Shown: piece by piece, positions 1-12,770 of the stretch
Numbering within the stretch: position 1 is the first letter of the stretch
Layout: every line of letters starts with the position of its first letter
Source: Octopus vulgaris
Lineage: Eukaryota
Assembly (NCBI GenBank): GCA_951406725.2
Contig: OX597829.1
Span: forward strand, 26,164,001-26,228,000
DNA: 64,000 bases
Direction of reading: 5' to 3'
Translations under genes and position numbers: made by a program
The notes under the pieces: model-generated
Told to the model about the DNA's origin: nothing
The model's database searches: none
The model's input: the letters and a program-made list of their open reading frames with translations, nothing else

Positions 1-1336
1 TTGGGTTCAATCCCACTGTGTGATAACTTAGGCCAGTGTTTTTTTTTACTCTATGTGTGTGGCACAGCTGTATAGTTAAGAATTTTGTTTCCCAAACACA
101 TGGTTTTAGGTTTATTTTAACTGTGTGGCATCAAGCAAGTGCCTTCTACTATAGCTCTGGGCTGAACTGAAGCCTTTGAGCGGGTTTGGTAGAAGGGAAC
201 TGAAAGAAGCCTGTTGTGTATATATATATATATATACATACACACATACCCATCTATCATTATTTTCATGTTCAACTTCTCATGCTTGCATGTGTCAGTT
301 AAGAGTTTATCGAGGTGGATTTTCACTAACTCACTTTCCAAGGTAATACTTCCCCATAGCCAGATATATTTTCAGAGAATATTGGAAATGAATGACACTG
401 TTTTTATGACGGTGACACTGACTTACAACTATCATGCAACATCAAACAAGATACAAACATACAAGCACACACAGAGTTTCAGTTGAATTTTTACATGACT
501 CTTCTTCAACATATGTTCTGACTAGCTTGCTTGTTGTTTTCACTTTTTATCAATATTTTCTGTCTGGAAAGACCTTTAATTCACTTACATCGGAAATGTA
601 AGTGAATTTTTATGAGCTAAGGGGATACTTACTAGTTAATTAATCAGTTATTATTTATTTTTGTGGTAAATGCAGCAAGTGTGAAAGATGGTAAATCAAA
701 TGCAAGGACAAACCTACTAATACTAATAATAATGCATGTAAATCTGCCAACTGTTGGGAAACTGCCCCACAATCTTTCTTATCCCTCACAGGTGTGGACA
801 CATTCATACAAATATGAACCAATCACTAAACCACCTTCCCACTAATGATACACCCTGACTTCTATGATACTCCGAAACTTTAGGGCTGCAACAATTAACG
901 CAGGCAGATAAAAGGTAGGGCTGATGGGATTGTGGAAATGCAGGGGCAGAGACAAGTGGATGTATGCCATTTAGAAGAGTTAAGGTGAAACACATCCCCA
1001 GCTAAAAACCTCGTAAGTGAAAGATGGACGTACAAATTCTTCTGGGTGTGCAACAGTGGGAAATGAATAGAAAAAATGAATTGAGGTAGTCAGAGTTTGT
1101 GACAGAATAATCAAGATGAGACTAGTGATAGGCATCTCAACAAACAACAGTTACCTCAGCACATGCTTCAAATATAGGTTTAACGGAAGTACAGAAGGAT
1201 CATTTCTAAGAGATCTTCCTGCAGACAATTGGTAGTGACTTCATTATCATATCTGACAACATGCTAATGGTGTCCAGGACACCCATGGTCATAGTCCAAT
1301 GACTGAAACAAGTAAAAGATATATGTACAGACATAC

Positions 1337-1475
1337 CTTGTTTAATGAGTCCACGATATGTGCCATATCTACCCATGGTGTGCCATGTTCATCAACTTGG
1401 TGGAAGATGTAGTCACGGAAGAGTTTTAACATGTATCGATCTCCTGTTTCTGACCAGGAAGCATCAATTGAGAAT
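1337..1475 (-). CDS. PAN3: PAN3 exon, C-terminal knob domain ([21 protein letters not shown]...SLNK)
   Basis: ttacag / gtatgt; 139 nt, phase 2 to 0; the terminal exon must lie left of the window. Confidence 0.97.
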
Positions 1476-3273
1476 CTGTAATGAAAAAGATTAATGACTT
1501 TGAATTATAATAACAAGTAAGTATAATACATATGCTTTTCAAAATATACACTGTATTTGTAAGAGTATAAAATGCATTTTTTAAATATTTTTAAACATAT
1601 CAAAAAATTTGCCCTTCTCTCATATTTGTTACTAATAATATGATATTGAAAACAAGCCAAAATATGAGTCTGCTACCATAAATTTACAAAAAATTACTCA
1701 CAATATGTCAGTAGCTATGTGAAAAAGTCATGCCATCTCATACCTCCTTCTTCACCATACATAACCATACTTGATATGACTTACATTATTTAATGTCTGT
1801 GCTACATTAAAGAAACATTTTTTTTAAACATCTAATTGAAAAATTCTCCTAGAAAGATGAAAGAAATGTTAAACTTTCATCCACCTGTCAGCTATAAGTA
1901 GATAACAACAATATCATAGTGGTGGCACATCACCCTGGTGATTAAATGAAGTTACATAAATATTATAGCTAGAAATATTAATTTCACATAGAGTATAACA
2001 ATTCTCTTAACTAAAATATAACCAACTATACAATTGATCTGAAAGAAGATAAAGTTGAAATGTAGTACTTGTTTAAAATAGTTTACCTATGATAAATTTA
2101 TGGTTTCATACATTATTCCAGTATACTGTTTCAAAATTGTATTTTCTTGTGCAGAACTATACACATTTTCCTTTACAAAACAACTTTAACCCTTTAGCAT
2201 TCAGATTAAATTGTATCATAATTCTTATTTATTGACATTGTTTTGAATTAATCGGGCATTATCCTGTACCTTTGAGATTTTTATGATGTGATTGTATATT
2301 TTTTTAATGATATTATAGAGTAGATGTGAGAAACTCAAATAAATAGAATATTTTGGCTAGATTTGACCAGTTAAAATATTTATCAGTGGGTGTATAATCT
2401 AACACTAAATTTGCTTTATCCACAAAATATCTTTGTAAAATAGCAGGGCATCCTAAAATGCCAGCAAATATGGTATCTCCCTATTTGTTATCTACAGTTT
2501 TATCATATTGGTTTTCTCTTCACAAACCCCACTTAAGCAATTATTGTATTTCCCTTTGCTTGCTTGCGTTCCAGTGAATGAGATTCACTATTAACCATCT
2601 GCGTTTGTGTTTGGGCTTGCCACTCACTACTTTCAATTCTGTCCTCATCTCTAAAGTCTGCCTCTCCTGAACATACCTACCCACCCATCCTTGATCTTCT
2701 GTCCCTATACACTTTCTATCCTTCTTGTCCCTTGAGGTTATGCACTGACATCTCATATACCATCTTTTCTCCCTTTTCTGCTGCGGTAGCCATGTGTCAC
2801 CTCTACAGCAAAACACCCTTTATCACATCTTTATTTTCTCAACACCTGACATAAAACCACCTCCTTCAATATTACACTCGAACTCAGTTGAGGGGGGTCT
2901 TGTCTTGAAAGTTACTTGATGATGCCACTAGTGCTGGTGCCATTAAAAAGCACCCTCCATGGATCCTTGGACACTCCCTACTCTTGTCCACCATTTACAA
3001 CATACACCCCTCAACACTTGTTCATTCACTGTATTCACACTGCCTCACTCACTCCTCATCTTTCTTTCTCTCATACACTCTTGCAATCTTCACCCACCAA
3101 TATGCCTGGTCCCTCTGGCCCACTCATCCTCTACTCAGCTGGTACCTTGAGGGTCCAAATAAACATCTCCTCACCACTATTTTTATCTCTTTCCAACTTC
3201 ACCCACTTACTCCCACCCTCTCTTCTGTTCTGCTCTGACTTTTTCTCTCATACTTTAAGCCTTTAGCATTTAA

Positions 3274-3497
3274 ACCTTTCGTTACCAACCTGGCTGAAAC
3301 CGGCTCTGGCTCTGGGCACAAATGTCTCATTTTCATAAGTTTTTAATTAAAATCTTCCACCAAATCTTATTCACAATTTATATTCCTAATACTAGCTGAA
3401 TGATAGCTAAATTATTTTACTGAATTCTTTGTTATATTTAAAGTAATTGAAAGAAACATAGAGCATCTCAAAAAAAAAATATATAGTAACAAAAGGG
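3274..3497. mobile_element. piggyBac-type MITE
   Basis: TTAA flanks; TIR acctttcgttac / gtaacaaaaggg, same as the 3881 element. Confidence 0.75.
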
Positions 3498-3880
3498 TTA
3501 AATTACTCTGTCAACTGTAATGTGCTTATTTATTCAAATTGTTTTCAATTAATCATACATTATCTCATAGCTTCGAGATTTTGATGATGTGGCTTTAGTT
3601 TTACAATCAGATTGTAGAGTAAGGTGTGAGAAGCCAGATCTGGCTGGTTGAACATAAAACATGGAGAATACTTGGGCTTGACATTTGGCTGATACTGGCC
3701 CAAATATTCTACATGTTTTATGTTAAAACTGACCAAATCCAGCCTCTCACACCTTATCTACAATGTCATTCTAAAAATATACAAAGACGCCACTGACTAT
3801 CTTAAAGTTAAACAATAATGATGATTAATTCAAAACAATATAAATAAATAATACATTTGACAAAAAAATCTGAATGTTAA

Positions 3881-4961
3881 CCCTTTCATTACTATATTTC
3901 TGAACAAAATACACCCCTTATGTGTTTCAATTAATTTCTAACATAATCATAAATTTAGTCTGGTTTCATTAAACAACTATAACTTTTTTATTTATCAATA
4001 TATTAACGTGAATTTTGGAAGATAATTTAATGAAATGTTCTCAACCAATTCTATACTATAATTTTTGTCACAAAGTGACTAATAGCAGGTAGATACAGGT
4101 AAATTCAACAAAATATAAAATTATTAAAATTTTGTTCAAACATCGCTATAGAAAATGGGTTATTAGCTAATATTCAATTGGGTATACAACAAAATTTTAC
4201 GATAGAATTTGTTATTCTGGGTAACTTTCTGATACCCATAATAATATTTATGGCAAAATAGGTTTAAGGTTGTGGAAACCACTAGGTTGTGGGAAACCAC
4301 TAACTATCCTTTCTTTCGTTTTGTTTACATTTAGCGTAACGGTTCATTTCCGCCGTAATGATTTCAAATAGACTCATTCGAAAAAGTAAAAAGAAATAGT
4401 CTAAGGCTTTACTCTTCTGGGAAAGTCTGTGGCTTGGTCCAGTTTCTTCAGAAAAATCACCGAAAGAAACAGTTTTTAAATTTTCACTCCATTCAGGTGC
4501 CAATTCATTTTCTTTATCGCTGTCGGAGCTCTCGGATTCACTGTTTTCACTTTCGGAAAATGAAACATCAGATTCATTATCAAATACCACATGCTTTTTT
4601 TTTTCAGTCATAGAGTTAGATTTATGAAGGTCTTGAGTAGAAAATCCTTCGAATTCTGACTCGCTGCTTGATATAATGAAATTCGTATCCATTTTTTGTC
4701 AGAATTACAAATTTTGAAAACACAATAGGAACAAATTTCGGAAAAAAATCTCCCAAAATTCACGGAATTAAAATTACACTTCGATTTTTGTACAAAACTG
4801 TAGTTGAACTCTTTACGAAGTATAATAAGCATTTTCACGAATGTACTAAAGAGATTTGCTCTGATATTCTCATTTAAATATGAATAGGTAAATTCGGGTG
4901 GCTTTGGGTGGTTTGGTCACATTAACCAAAATTTTTTCCGGGCGGTTTGGTAACGAAAGGG
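3881..4961 (-). mobile_element. Internally deleted piggyBac transposon
   Basis: TTAA TSDs (3877-3880, 4962-4965); TIR ccctttcattac / gtaacgaaaggg; ORF 4300-4692 is an acidic piggyBac transposase N-terminus (GP...LDYFFLLF...MNRYA). Confidence 0.88.
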
Positions 4962-5239
4962 TTAAAGCACTAATCCTTTATTTAGCATAAACTCACTTCT
5001 CTTGGAGTTCAAAGTCTTGCAAATTGCATGGCAACCTCACTAGTGTTGATGCCATGAAAAAAAAAGCATCTAGCACATACTTTAAAGTTGAAGGGTATCC
5101 AGCCATAGAAACCATGCCAAAAAAAATCAAACTAGAGTACAATACAGTCTTTAGAACCATCAAATTCTGTCAAACCATCCACCCCATGCAACGTGGATGC
5201 TAAATGACGATGATTATGATGATATATAAGATAAATTGT

Positions 5240-6083
5240 TGGATTACTGAAATTAATCTCCACTTCCATTGGGACAAATGCCAAATGAAGAAGGACAATA
5301 ATCTCAAGTAGAAAGAATTCTCCAAAAATTAAAATGGCATCAAGTAATAGACAATCTGATTGATAGGAGAGAGGAGGATAGCTATGTGCACATGCTTTTT
5401 TCCACAATAAGTGACATCTGCAGAGCATATCAGCTTTGGAGAATTCTTGATTTTGGAGATTATTTTCCCTTCCTATATGGAGTGGGTCCCACTCATTAAG
5501 CTCAGCCCCATACCTGACACTGCATTCAAAAAGATTCTTCAGTAATAGAAGTGGCAAGAAATATTCAACCTCTCTATGGAAATGAAACTTTATGTATCTG
5601 GACAAGTTCTGTGTTAGGTAGAAAATGAAATGTTAAACCAAAATGAAACAGTTAAAACAAAGAACTATTGTCATTAACTGGAACCATTGCACAAAAATTT
5701 GCATAAAAAGTGCCCATCATTGTTGCTCTTACACAAAACTGCAAGACAACATATTACCCAAGTCACTCAGGAAAAGATTATAGTACCATATATATATGGG
5801 AGTTTTTACCTCATCCTCCTTATTCTCAATGCCTTGCTCTGTTTGAGCATCACCTTTGCAGATTATTGAAACGTTATTTAGAGGGAAAACAAAAATATTG
5901 TTTCTTTACTTGGAAACCTGAAGAATTTAAAATCCGATGGACCAACAATTTGCCAAATTAGATGGAATAACGTTGACAATAATGAAAGGAATTATCTTCA
6001 TTAAATATACCAATTAAAACCAAACAATCATTTGTTTCCTTCCCATTTTGAAATGTAACAGGAATTTCTTTCCAACCTAATAT
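5240..6083 (+). mobile_element. Degenerate mariner transposon fragment
   Basis: LLLLHKTARQH...WEFLPHPPYSQCLALFEHHL matches mariner HDNARPH...PHPPYSPDLAPSDYHL; ends in ccaacctaata, a mariner-like TIR. Confidence 0.75.
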
Positions 6084-6209
6084 TACACACACAATCATTC
6101 ATCAGCATTTAGGCTAAAGCAGACATTTACCTAAAGTGCCATGTAGTTGGAATGAACTTGAGACCATGTGTTGGGAAGTAAATTTCTTACCACACAGCTA
6201 CACCTGCAG

Positions 6210-6252
<43 letters not shown>

Positions 6253-6294
6253 ACATACATACACACATGAAGAGAATAAAACAATATATCTTAC

Positions 6295-6359
6295 TCGGGT
6301 CTTTCCAATATCGTAACTAACTTGCAAAGGAGTCGAAACAGGCGGCCGTTTTCAACTTC
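6295..6359 (-). CDS. PAN3: PAN3 exon (EVENGRLFRLLCKLVTILERPE)
   Basis: ttccag / gtaaga; 65 nt, phase 0 to 2. Confidence 0.97.
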
Positions 6360-7729
6360 CTGGAAAGAAAATGACAAGGAATTGATGTTAGACATGACTG
6401 CAGATAGGTTTATATAAAAACACACAAACTCATATTTTTGTGTTACTATTGATGATGTCACAAAAAAAAAAAAAAAGACACACACACACACGATACATGC
6501 TGCAAAAGGGTTGGTGTAAGGAAGAGCATGCAACCGTAGAAACCTTGCCAAATGAGACATTGGAGCACTATGTAGTCCTTAGATTCTGTCAGAACCTGTG
6601 AAACCACCCAACCTATGTCAGCATGAATGATGGGTGTTAAAGGATGACGATATCATCGTTGAACATCAACATTAGCATCATTTAATGTCTGTTTTCCATG
6701 CTGGTATGGGTTGGACGGTGTGGCAGGATCCAATGGATCCAAGGACAGCATCATGCTCCAGTGTCTGCTTTGACAGAAGTTCTACAATTGAATGCTCTTC
6801 CTAATGCCAACTACTCTACAGAATGTACAGGGTGCATTTTTTTTGTACCACCAGCACTGGTGAGGTTGCTAAGTACCCTACACGGTAGAAAAAGAAAAAA
6901 ACAGAGAAAAAGACTTCACAACTCAGTGAGGGAGGGGGGCTTTATGCCAGTTATTCAGGGGCTAAAGTATGATAGAGGGACAAGAATAAGTATCTTGTTA
7001 AAGAGAAGATACGTGGCTACTCCACATATATGAGTGAGTGGGAATAGCTGGGAAGATAAAGATGGTAATGATGGGAGTTGGGGCAAAACAAATCCTCAAG
7101 GTACAAGGTGAGCATATGAGAAGACACAGACAGTGGATTGGGGGGGAGAGTGAGAAGTTATGTATGAGTGTGAGAGGAGAACAACAGATGACTGGAAATG
7201 AGGGTAGAGGTAAATATGGCAAGTGATGAACAGAGGTGGCGTGGTTGATGAGAAATACCTATATGGAGTAGATGTAAGGTGAGAGAAATAGAAGCAGAGG
7301 ATGATGTACAAGGTGTAGGAGTAGTAGGGAGTGAAATGTAAAGTACATAAGTGAAGAGCTTTAGTGAAAGGGGTGTCATGACAGATATGAGAGCAAGTTG
7401 AAAATGGAAGCAGATATAAGCAGTGTTAATATGAAGACTAGGCAAAGAGAGGGTGAGACATAGGGAATCATAGAAAGGAGGTAGTCAGTGAAAATATTGT
7501 AGGAAGAAATGATGATGAAAATGACAAATGAAAGGAACATAGCATCTGTTGATTCTGCTCTCACATGATCACAGTAGCTGAGCAGATCAACAGACAGAGA
7601 AATTATTGACATTAGGGAAGGTGGGATTAGATGAATTAGGGAGAATGCTTGACAGGGCAGAATGGGTGTAGGAGTAGAGATCTAGACATACAAGTATAAA
7701 CTAAAGACATTGTTATGACTGCCCGACTT

Positions 7730-7852
7730 CTATTTTTTAAAGTCATGTAGACATTCTCCAAGTTTTCCAACTATGCTGAAGTCACACAGCTTGTGACATA
7801 TCAGTCCATGACTGACTTTATCAAAGGCCTTTGCAAAGTCAAGATATATCAC
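7730..7852 (-). mobile_element. CR1/Jockey-group LINE RT fragment
   Basis: Translates VIYLDFAKAFDKVSHGLICHKL. Confidence 0.7.
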
Positions 7853-7858
7853 ACACAC

Positions 7859-7900
<42 letters not shown>

Positions 7901-7904
<4 letters not shown>

Positions 7905-9036
7905 AATAATACAGTGATTGTTTCTTATCTTGAACAAAATGTTTAATAGGACTGCTATAGAAGTGCTCAATTGAATGAGACAAATATATTAAACTATGGT
8001 TGCAGAACAAACAAATACAAGGTCATCCACGTAACATTTCATATCTAGAACATTTAATCATAGAATATACATGTATAACATCTCGGAAGATGAAACATAA
8101 CTCATCAGTACAAGCATATAAGAAAATGCAAGAAAAATGTGTGAATACAGTTCATCACGGTTAAAAGTTAATACTTTAGCGATTAAGAAATATATATTTT
8201 TTAAAAACATTACAACATCTAGAATAATAAATACGTAAAAATATAAAGTAATATATAAATATATATATATATATAGGAAGCATATAAATAAGTAATATAT
8301 AATATATAAGGTAAGATAAAAGTTCATCGTTTAGAAATTTTTTTCATTAAAAATTACTTTTCAGATAAGGGAAACCTATAGTTAAAAGCCAGTGTCCAAG
8401 CAAAAAAGAAGAAACCATATTTACATTCCCTATGGCCATTTCAGGGGTACATCACTGTATTTAATGCACGAGGGTGCATCACAATAACTACTCCTTCGTC
8501 AGGGGAAAAAATAGAGAGACAGACATCACGTACCAGGGCGAGACCTCCTTAACCAGTATTGCGTGGTTTCTTATTTAAGAAGTCATGCTTAGACCAGCCC
8601 AAATGAAAGAATTAAAGCAGTAAAAAAAAAAGTTTTAAAAAGTTTTTTAAAAAAAGTTAAAAGTTACCTTATATATTATATATTACTTATTTATATGCTT
8701 CCTATACATATGTATTTTTATATATTTTTTATATATCTATATATTTATATATTACTTTATATTTTTACGTATTTATTATTCTAGATGTTGTAATGGTTTT
8801 AAAAAAATATATATTTCTTAATCGCTAAAGTATTAACTTTTAACCGTGATGAACTGTATTCACACATTTTTCTTGCATTTTCTTATATGCTTGTACTGAT
8901 GAGTTATGTTTCATCTTCCGTGATGCTATACATGTATATTCTATGTGAAAGAAAAAGCATTATGTGATTAAATGTTCGAGATATGGAATGTTACATGGAT
9001 GACCTTGTATTTGTTTGTTCTGCAACCATAGTTCAT
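7901..9036 (-). mobile_element. Penelope-type non-autonomous fold-back element in a (TA)n array
   Basis: Arms ~7991-8314 and ~8664-9033 are inverted copies; hammerhead in the spacer; ~90 nt unpaired tail 7901-7990; (TA)n on both sides. Confidence 0.65.
8426..8507 (-). ncRNA. Type I hammerhead ribozyme motif, intact core
   Basis: Minus strand reads ttccc CTGACGA [long stem II: aggagta/tacccct, gttattgt/acagtgat, gatgcac/gtgcatt] GAAA tggcca TA gggaa. Stem I is 5 bp; stem III is palindromic. Confidence 0.8.
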
Positions 9037-9066
9037 TATATATATATATATATATATATGAAATAT

Positions 9067-9345
9067 ACTAGCTGAATATCCCATTGTTACCAGGCAATTT
9101 TCACAATAGAATGACTTTCTTTCATTTTTTTTTTTCATTCCATGTCAGACCATGCCTTCTCTGATGGAAAGGCCTCTTGATCAGAACTGATATCCGCACC
9201 ATTTGGGGCAATTTATAAATTTTTGTTTTTCCATGTAGTGCATAGATGTAAAGATTTTTCTTAGTTCACTGTTGCTCTAATGATCTTTACACACTTGCAT
9301 ACACACGCACAGACATGCACCCAGTGTGAGTGATATACATATAGA
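9067..9345 (-). mobile_element. Possible non-autonomous Helitron-like element
   Basis: Minus strand starts TCTATATG and ends with a degenerate hairpin plus CTAG|T. Confidence 0.35.
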
Positions 9346-9895
9346 GAAAGAGCAAGAGAGTATGAAAGTTTCCAATGAGAAAAGTCACTGACAAAAAGAG
9401 AGATCTTTCCTGTTGTTACAGATTTTGAAATTTTAAAATTAAGTGAAAATTTTCAAATTTGGTTCGCCATCTTTCGGGTCCCCGGCCGCCTGCTACACCT
9501 GAGTCGGAGCGGGAACGCCAGACGCGAGCGTCGCGGCGAACGCACGGACCCGACCCGGGAACGATGCTTCGAAGCGCCGTCCTGCCTCTGGACGTCCGCT
9601 TCTTCACGCCCGCCTATCAGACGCTCTATCATAAAATGAAAGTAAAAACGTTACAAATAAGAAGTTCTAAACAAAATGGGAACAATTACACGTCATATCA
9701 AAAGAGAGGATGAGCATCATGTGTGAGAGATATAGATATACATAGAGAGAGTGAAATATATATGTACAGAGGGGAAAGCATAAGATAGAGAGAACTTGGA
9801 GACAGATAGAGAGAGGGAGATTTCTCGCTCTAAAAGTTGAGATATTTTTCATGTAAAATATCTCAACTTTTAGATCGAAGTTTAAGCAAGCTTAC

Positions 9896-10025
9896 CTTTG
9901 CCAACTCATTCTCAACAACATCACTGCGTAGTTGCGCAGCATCAAGCTGTGTGTAAAACCTTGCACCAATCATTGGCATTATATCGTTAACACTGCGCTG
10001 TCGTCGTTGCGATCCCATTAGGTAT
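9896..10025 (-). CDS. PAN3: PAN3 exon, coiled coil (SVNDIMPMIGARFYTQLDAAQLRSDVVENELAK)
   Basis: ttgcag / gtaagc; 130 nt, phase 2 to 0. Confidence 0.97.
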
Positions 10026-10292
10026 CTGCAATGGATTTATTAAAAGTAGTAAAAGCAGGGCATATACTTACATTAAACATATACATGCATGTATTCATAT
10101 ACATACACACGTATCTTCTACACATTTTGAGCACACCTTTCTGAGATACTGTGGTCCCAGACAGACAGACAGAATTTTGCTTTTATTATTATACACACTC
10201 ACGGTCACTCAACAAGGAGTGTAGTAATAACTAGGAAGACAAAGACAAGATAGCAGTGATGGTGTAGCAAAGAAAACTATCAAGGCATATAT

Positions 10293-11632
10293 CATCATCA
10301 TCGTTTAACGTCCGCTTTCCGCGCTAGCACGGGTTGGACGGTTTGACCGGGTCTGGGAAGCCAGGGGCCGCTCCAGGCTCCAGTCTGAATCTGGCAGAGT
10401 TTCTACGGCTGGATGCCCTTCCTAACGCCAACCACTCCATGAGTGGATTGGGTGCTTTTTACATGCCACCTGCACAGGGGCCGGAGGGTCCGGCATCGTC
10501 ACGATCGGTTCGAGCATTTTAACGTGTCAGCGGCACGGGGGCAACGAGGTCCGGGGTACTTTGGGGATCGGGGTATTTTGGGGATCCAGGGTACTTTGGG
10601 GATCCGGGGTACTTTGGGGATCCGGGGTACTTAGAATGGGTAGGGGGTATGTGGAATTGCTGCAGAAAGCAGCCCGGGTCTTTGTAGTCACAGCATATCT
10701 CCAGAGATCTCGGTCCTTCGCCATTGCCTCAGTGAGGCCCAATGCTCTGAGGTCATGCTTGACCACCTCATCCCATGTCTTCCTGGGTCTACCTCTCCCC
10801 CTGATACCTTCAACTGTTTGGGAGTGGCACTTCTTCACACATCTCTCTTCATCCATCCGCAGCACATGACCATACCATCGCAAGCGTCGCTCTTGCACAC
10901 CACATCTGATGCTTCTTATATCCAGCATTTCTCTCAGGATACTTACACTCTGTTTTGCGTGCACACTGACACTACACATCCAGCGGATCATGCTAGCTTC
11001 ATTTCTTTCAAGTCTACGCATGTCTTCTGCAGTCACAGCCCATGTTTCATTACCGTGAAGCATGGCAGTTCGCACACATGCATCATACAATCTACCTTTT
11101 GCTCTGAGGGAGAGGCCTTTTGTTGCCAATAGGGGTAGGAGCTTTCTGAACTTTGCCCAGGCTATTCGTATTCTAGTGGTGATACTCTCTGTGCATCCAC
11201 CTCTGCTACTAACTTGGTCTCCCAGGTAGCGGAAACTATCAACTACTTCTAGTTTCTCTCCCTGGAGTGTGATGGAATCTGTTTTCTGAGTGTCTGTTGT
11301 GTCTATTGTCCCTGTGCATCTGCCGCACATGAAAGCTATCTTATCTGTTAATTTCCCTTTAATGTTGCTGCACCTCTTATGTGTCCATAACTTACATTGG
11401 GTGCATCTTATGGAGTTTCTACCTGTACCTTTCCTACAGGTTGAGCAGGGCCACCTACCCGAGGGGATGTGTGTTGAGTACCTCTTGCTGCTTACTAATA
11501 CTTTGGTCTTTGCTACATTTATTCTAAGGCCCTTTGATTCCAACCCTTGCTTCCATACCCGAAATTTCTCTTCTAGTTCCGGTAGTGATTCTGCTATGAG
11601 AGCTAGGTCATCGGCATAGAGGAGCTCCCAGG

Positions 11633-11637
<5 letters not shown>
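10293..11637 (-). mobile_element. 5'-truncated RTE LINE
   Basis: LLYADD, PHD finger, FRYLG, RLRWYGHV, RGRPRKTW; (GAT)n tail; TSD ggcatatat at 10284-10292 and 11633-11641. Confidence 0.93.
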
Positions 11638-11669
<32 letters not shown>

Positions 11670-12557
11670 TCATTCTTTAACTTGTTTCAGTCATTTGATT
11701 GCAGCCATGCTGGAGCACTGCCTTAAAGGAATTTTAGTTGAAAAAATTGACTCCTGGACTTATTCTTTGTAAGCCTTAATACTTATTCTATCAGTCTCTT
11801 TTGCCAAATCACTAGGTTATGAGGGATGTAAACACACGAACATTGGTTGTCAACTGACCATGGTGGAAACAAACAGACACAAAGACACAAACACATAGAT
11901 TCCATATCTGTTTCTGGTACCCTTCTCTCTCTCTCTCTCTCCACCAAACTTCAAATCATTTATTTCCCATCTATTTACAGTTCTATTATACTGCTGCTCT
12001 CCATTCTTTCTGTACTTCCACTTTTCACCTCATGAGCTACATCTTGTGATTATAATACTTCAATCTTAAACATTTGCGTTTTAACTTATTGCACTCTGTC
12101 TTTAAGGCCTCATGCAAGGGAAGTCACTCTCAAAACTATTCTTAGGACATTGTACAGTTGACATCCCAACCTGTCCAACCACCAGTGGTTCCATGATAGA
12201 AAACTTCATGTGTAAAATAATTTAAATTAAAACCTTCCATCAAAATTTCACATTAATTAATGTCTTAAACACCAGCTTAATAATGACAAAGTTTTTTTTT
12301 TACTAAATTCTTTATTATGTTCAAAATTAATTGTAACAAAGGTTGAGTATTTCAACAGAAATTCAAATGAGTTAAAGTGAAATAAAACCTTCCATCAAAA
12401 CAGAGGTGCAAAAAAAACCATTTTGTTTATGCTTGTATCTACCAGGCCATGCCCCTACATCTACTATATATGTATACATACACACACATATTGACATGGA
12501 TATATACATCTGTATACACAAGCATATACATGCATCATGCATATATACAAGACGAAA

Positions 12558-12770
12558 GGCGGTGAGCTGGCAGAGTTGTTAGCACACTGGACGAAATGCT
12601 TAGTGGTATTTCACCCACCGCTACATTCTGAGTTCAAATTCCACCGAGGCCGACATTACCTTTCATCCTTTCGGGGTCGATAAATTAAGTACCAGTTACA
12701 TACTAGGGTCAATCTAATGACTTAATCCCTTCCTCCAAATTTGAAGCCTTGTGCTTCCAGTAGAAAGGAT
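12558..12770 (+). mobile_element. tRNA-derived SINE, family A (copies ~15935-16160 -, 33555-33770 -, 55760-55985 +, 58835-58975 -)
   Basis: A box tggcagagttgtt, B box gagttcaaattcc; shared core cctttcatcctttcggggtcgataaattaagtaccag. Confidence 0.85.

Noticed and set aside
9416-9713. ORFs over the GC-rich island
   Set aside because: Short, no recognisable domain, and explained by stop-codon depletion in GC-rich sequence.
9067-10195. Helitron-like ends bracketing PAN3 exon 9896-10025 (exon capture)
   Set aside because: The exon is in its native order and phase; the two ends more likely belong to separate small elements.
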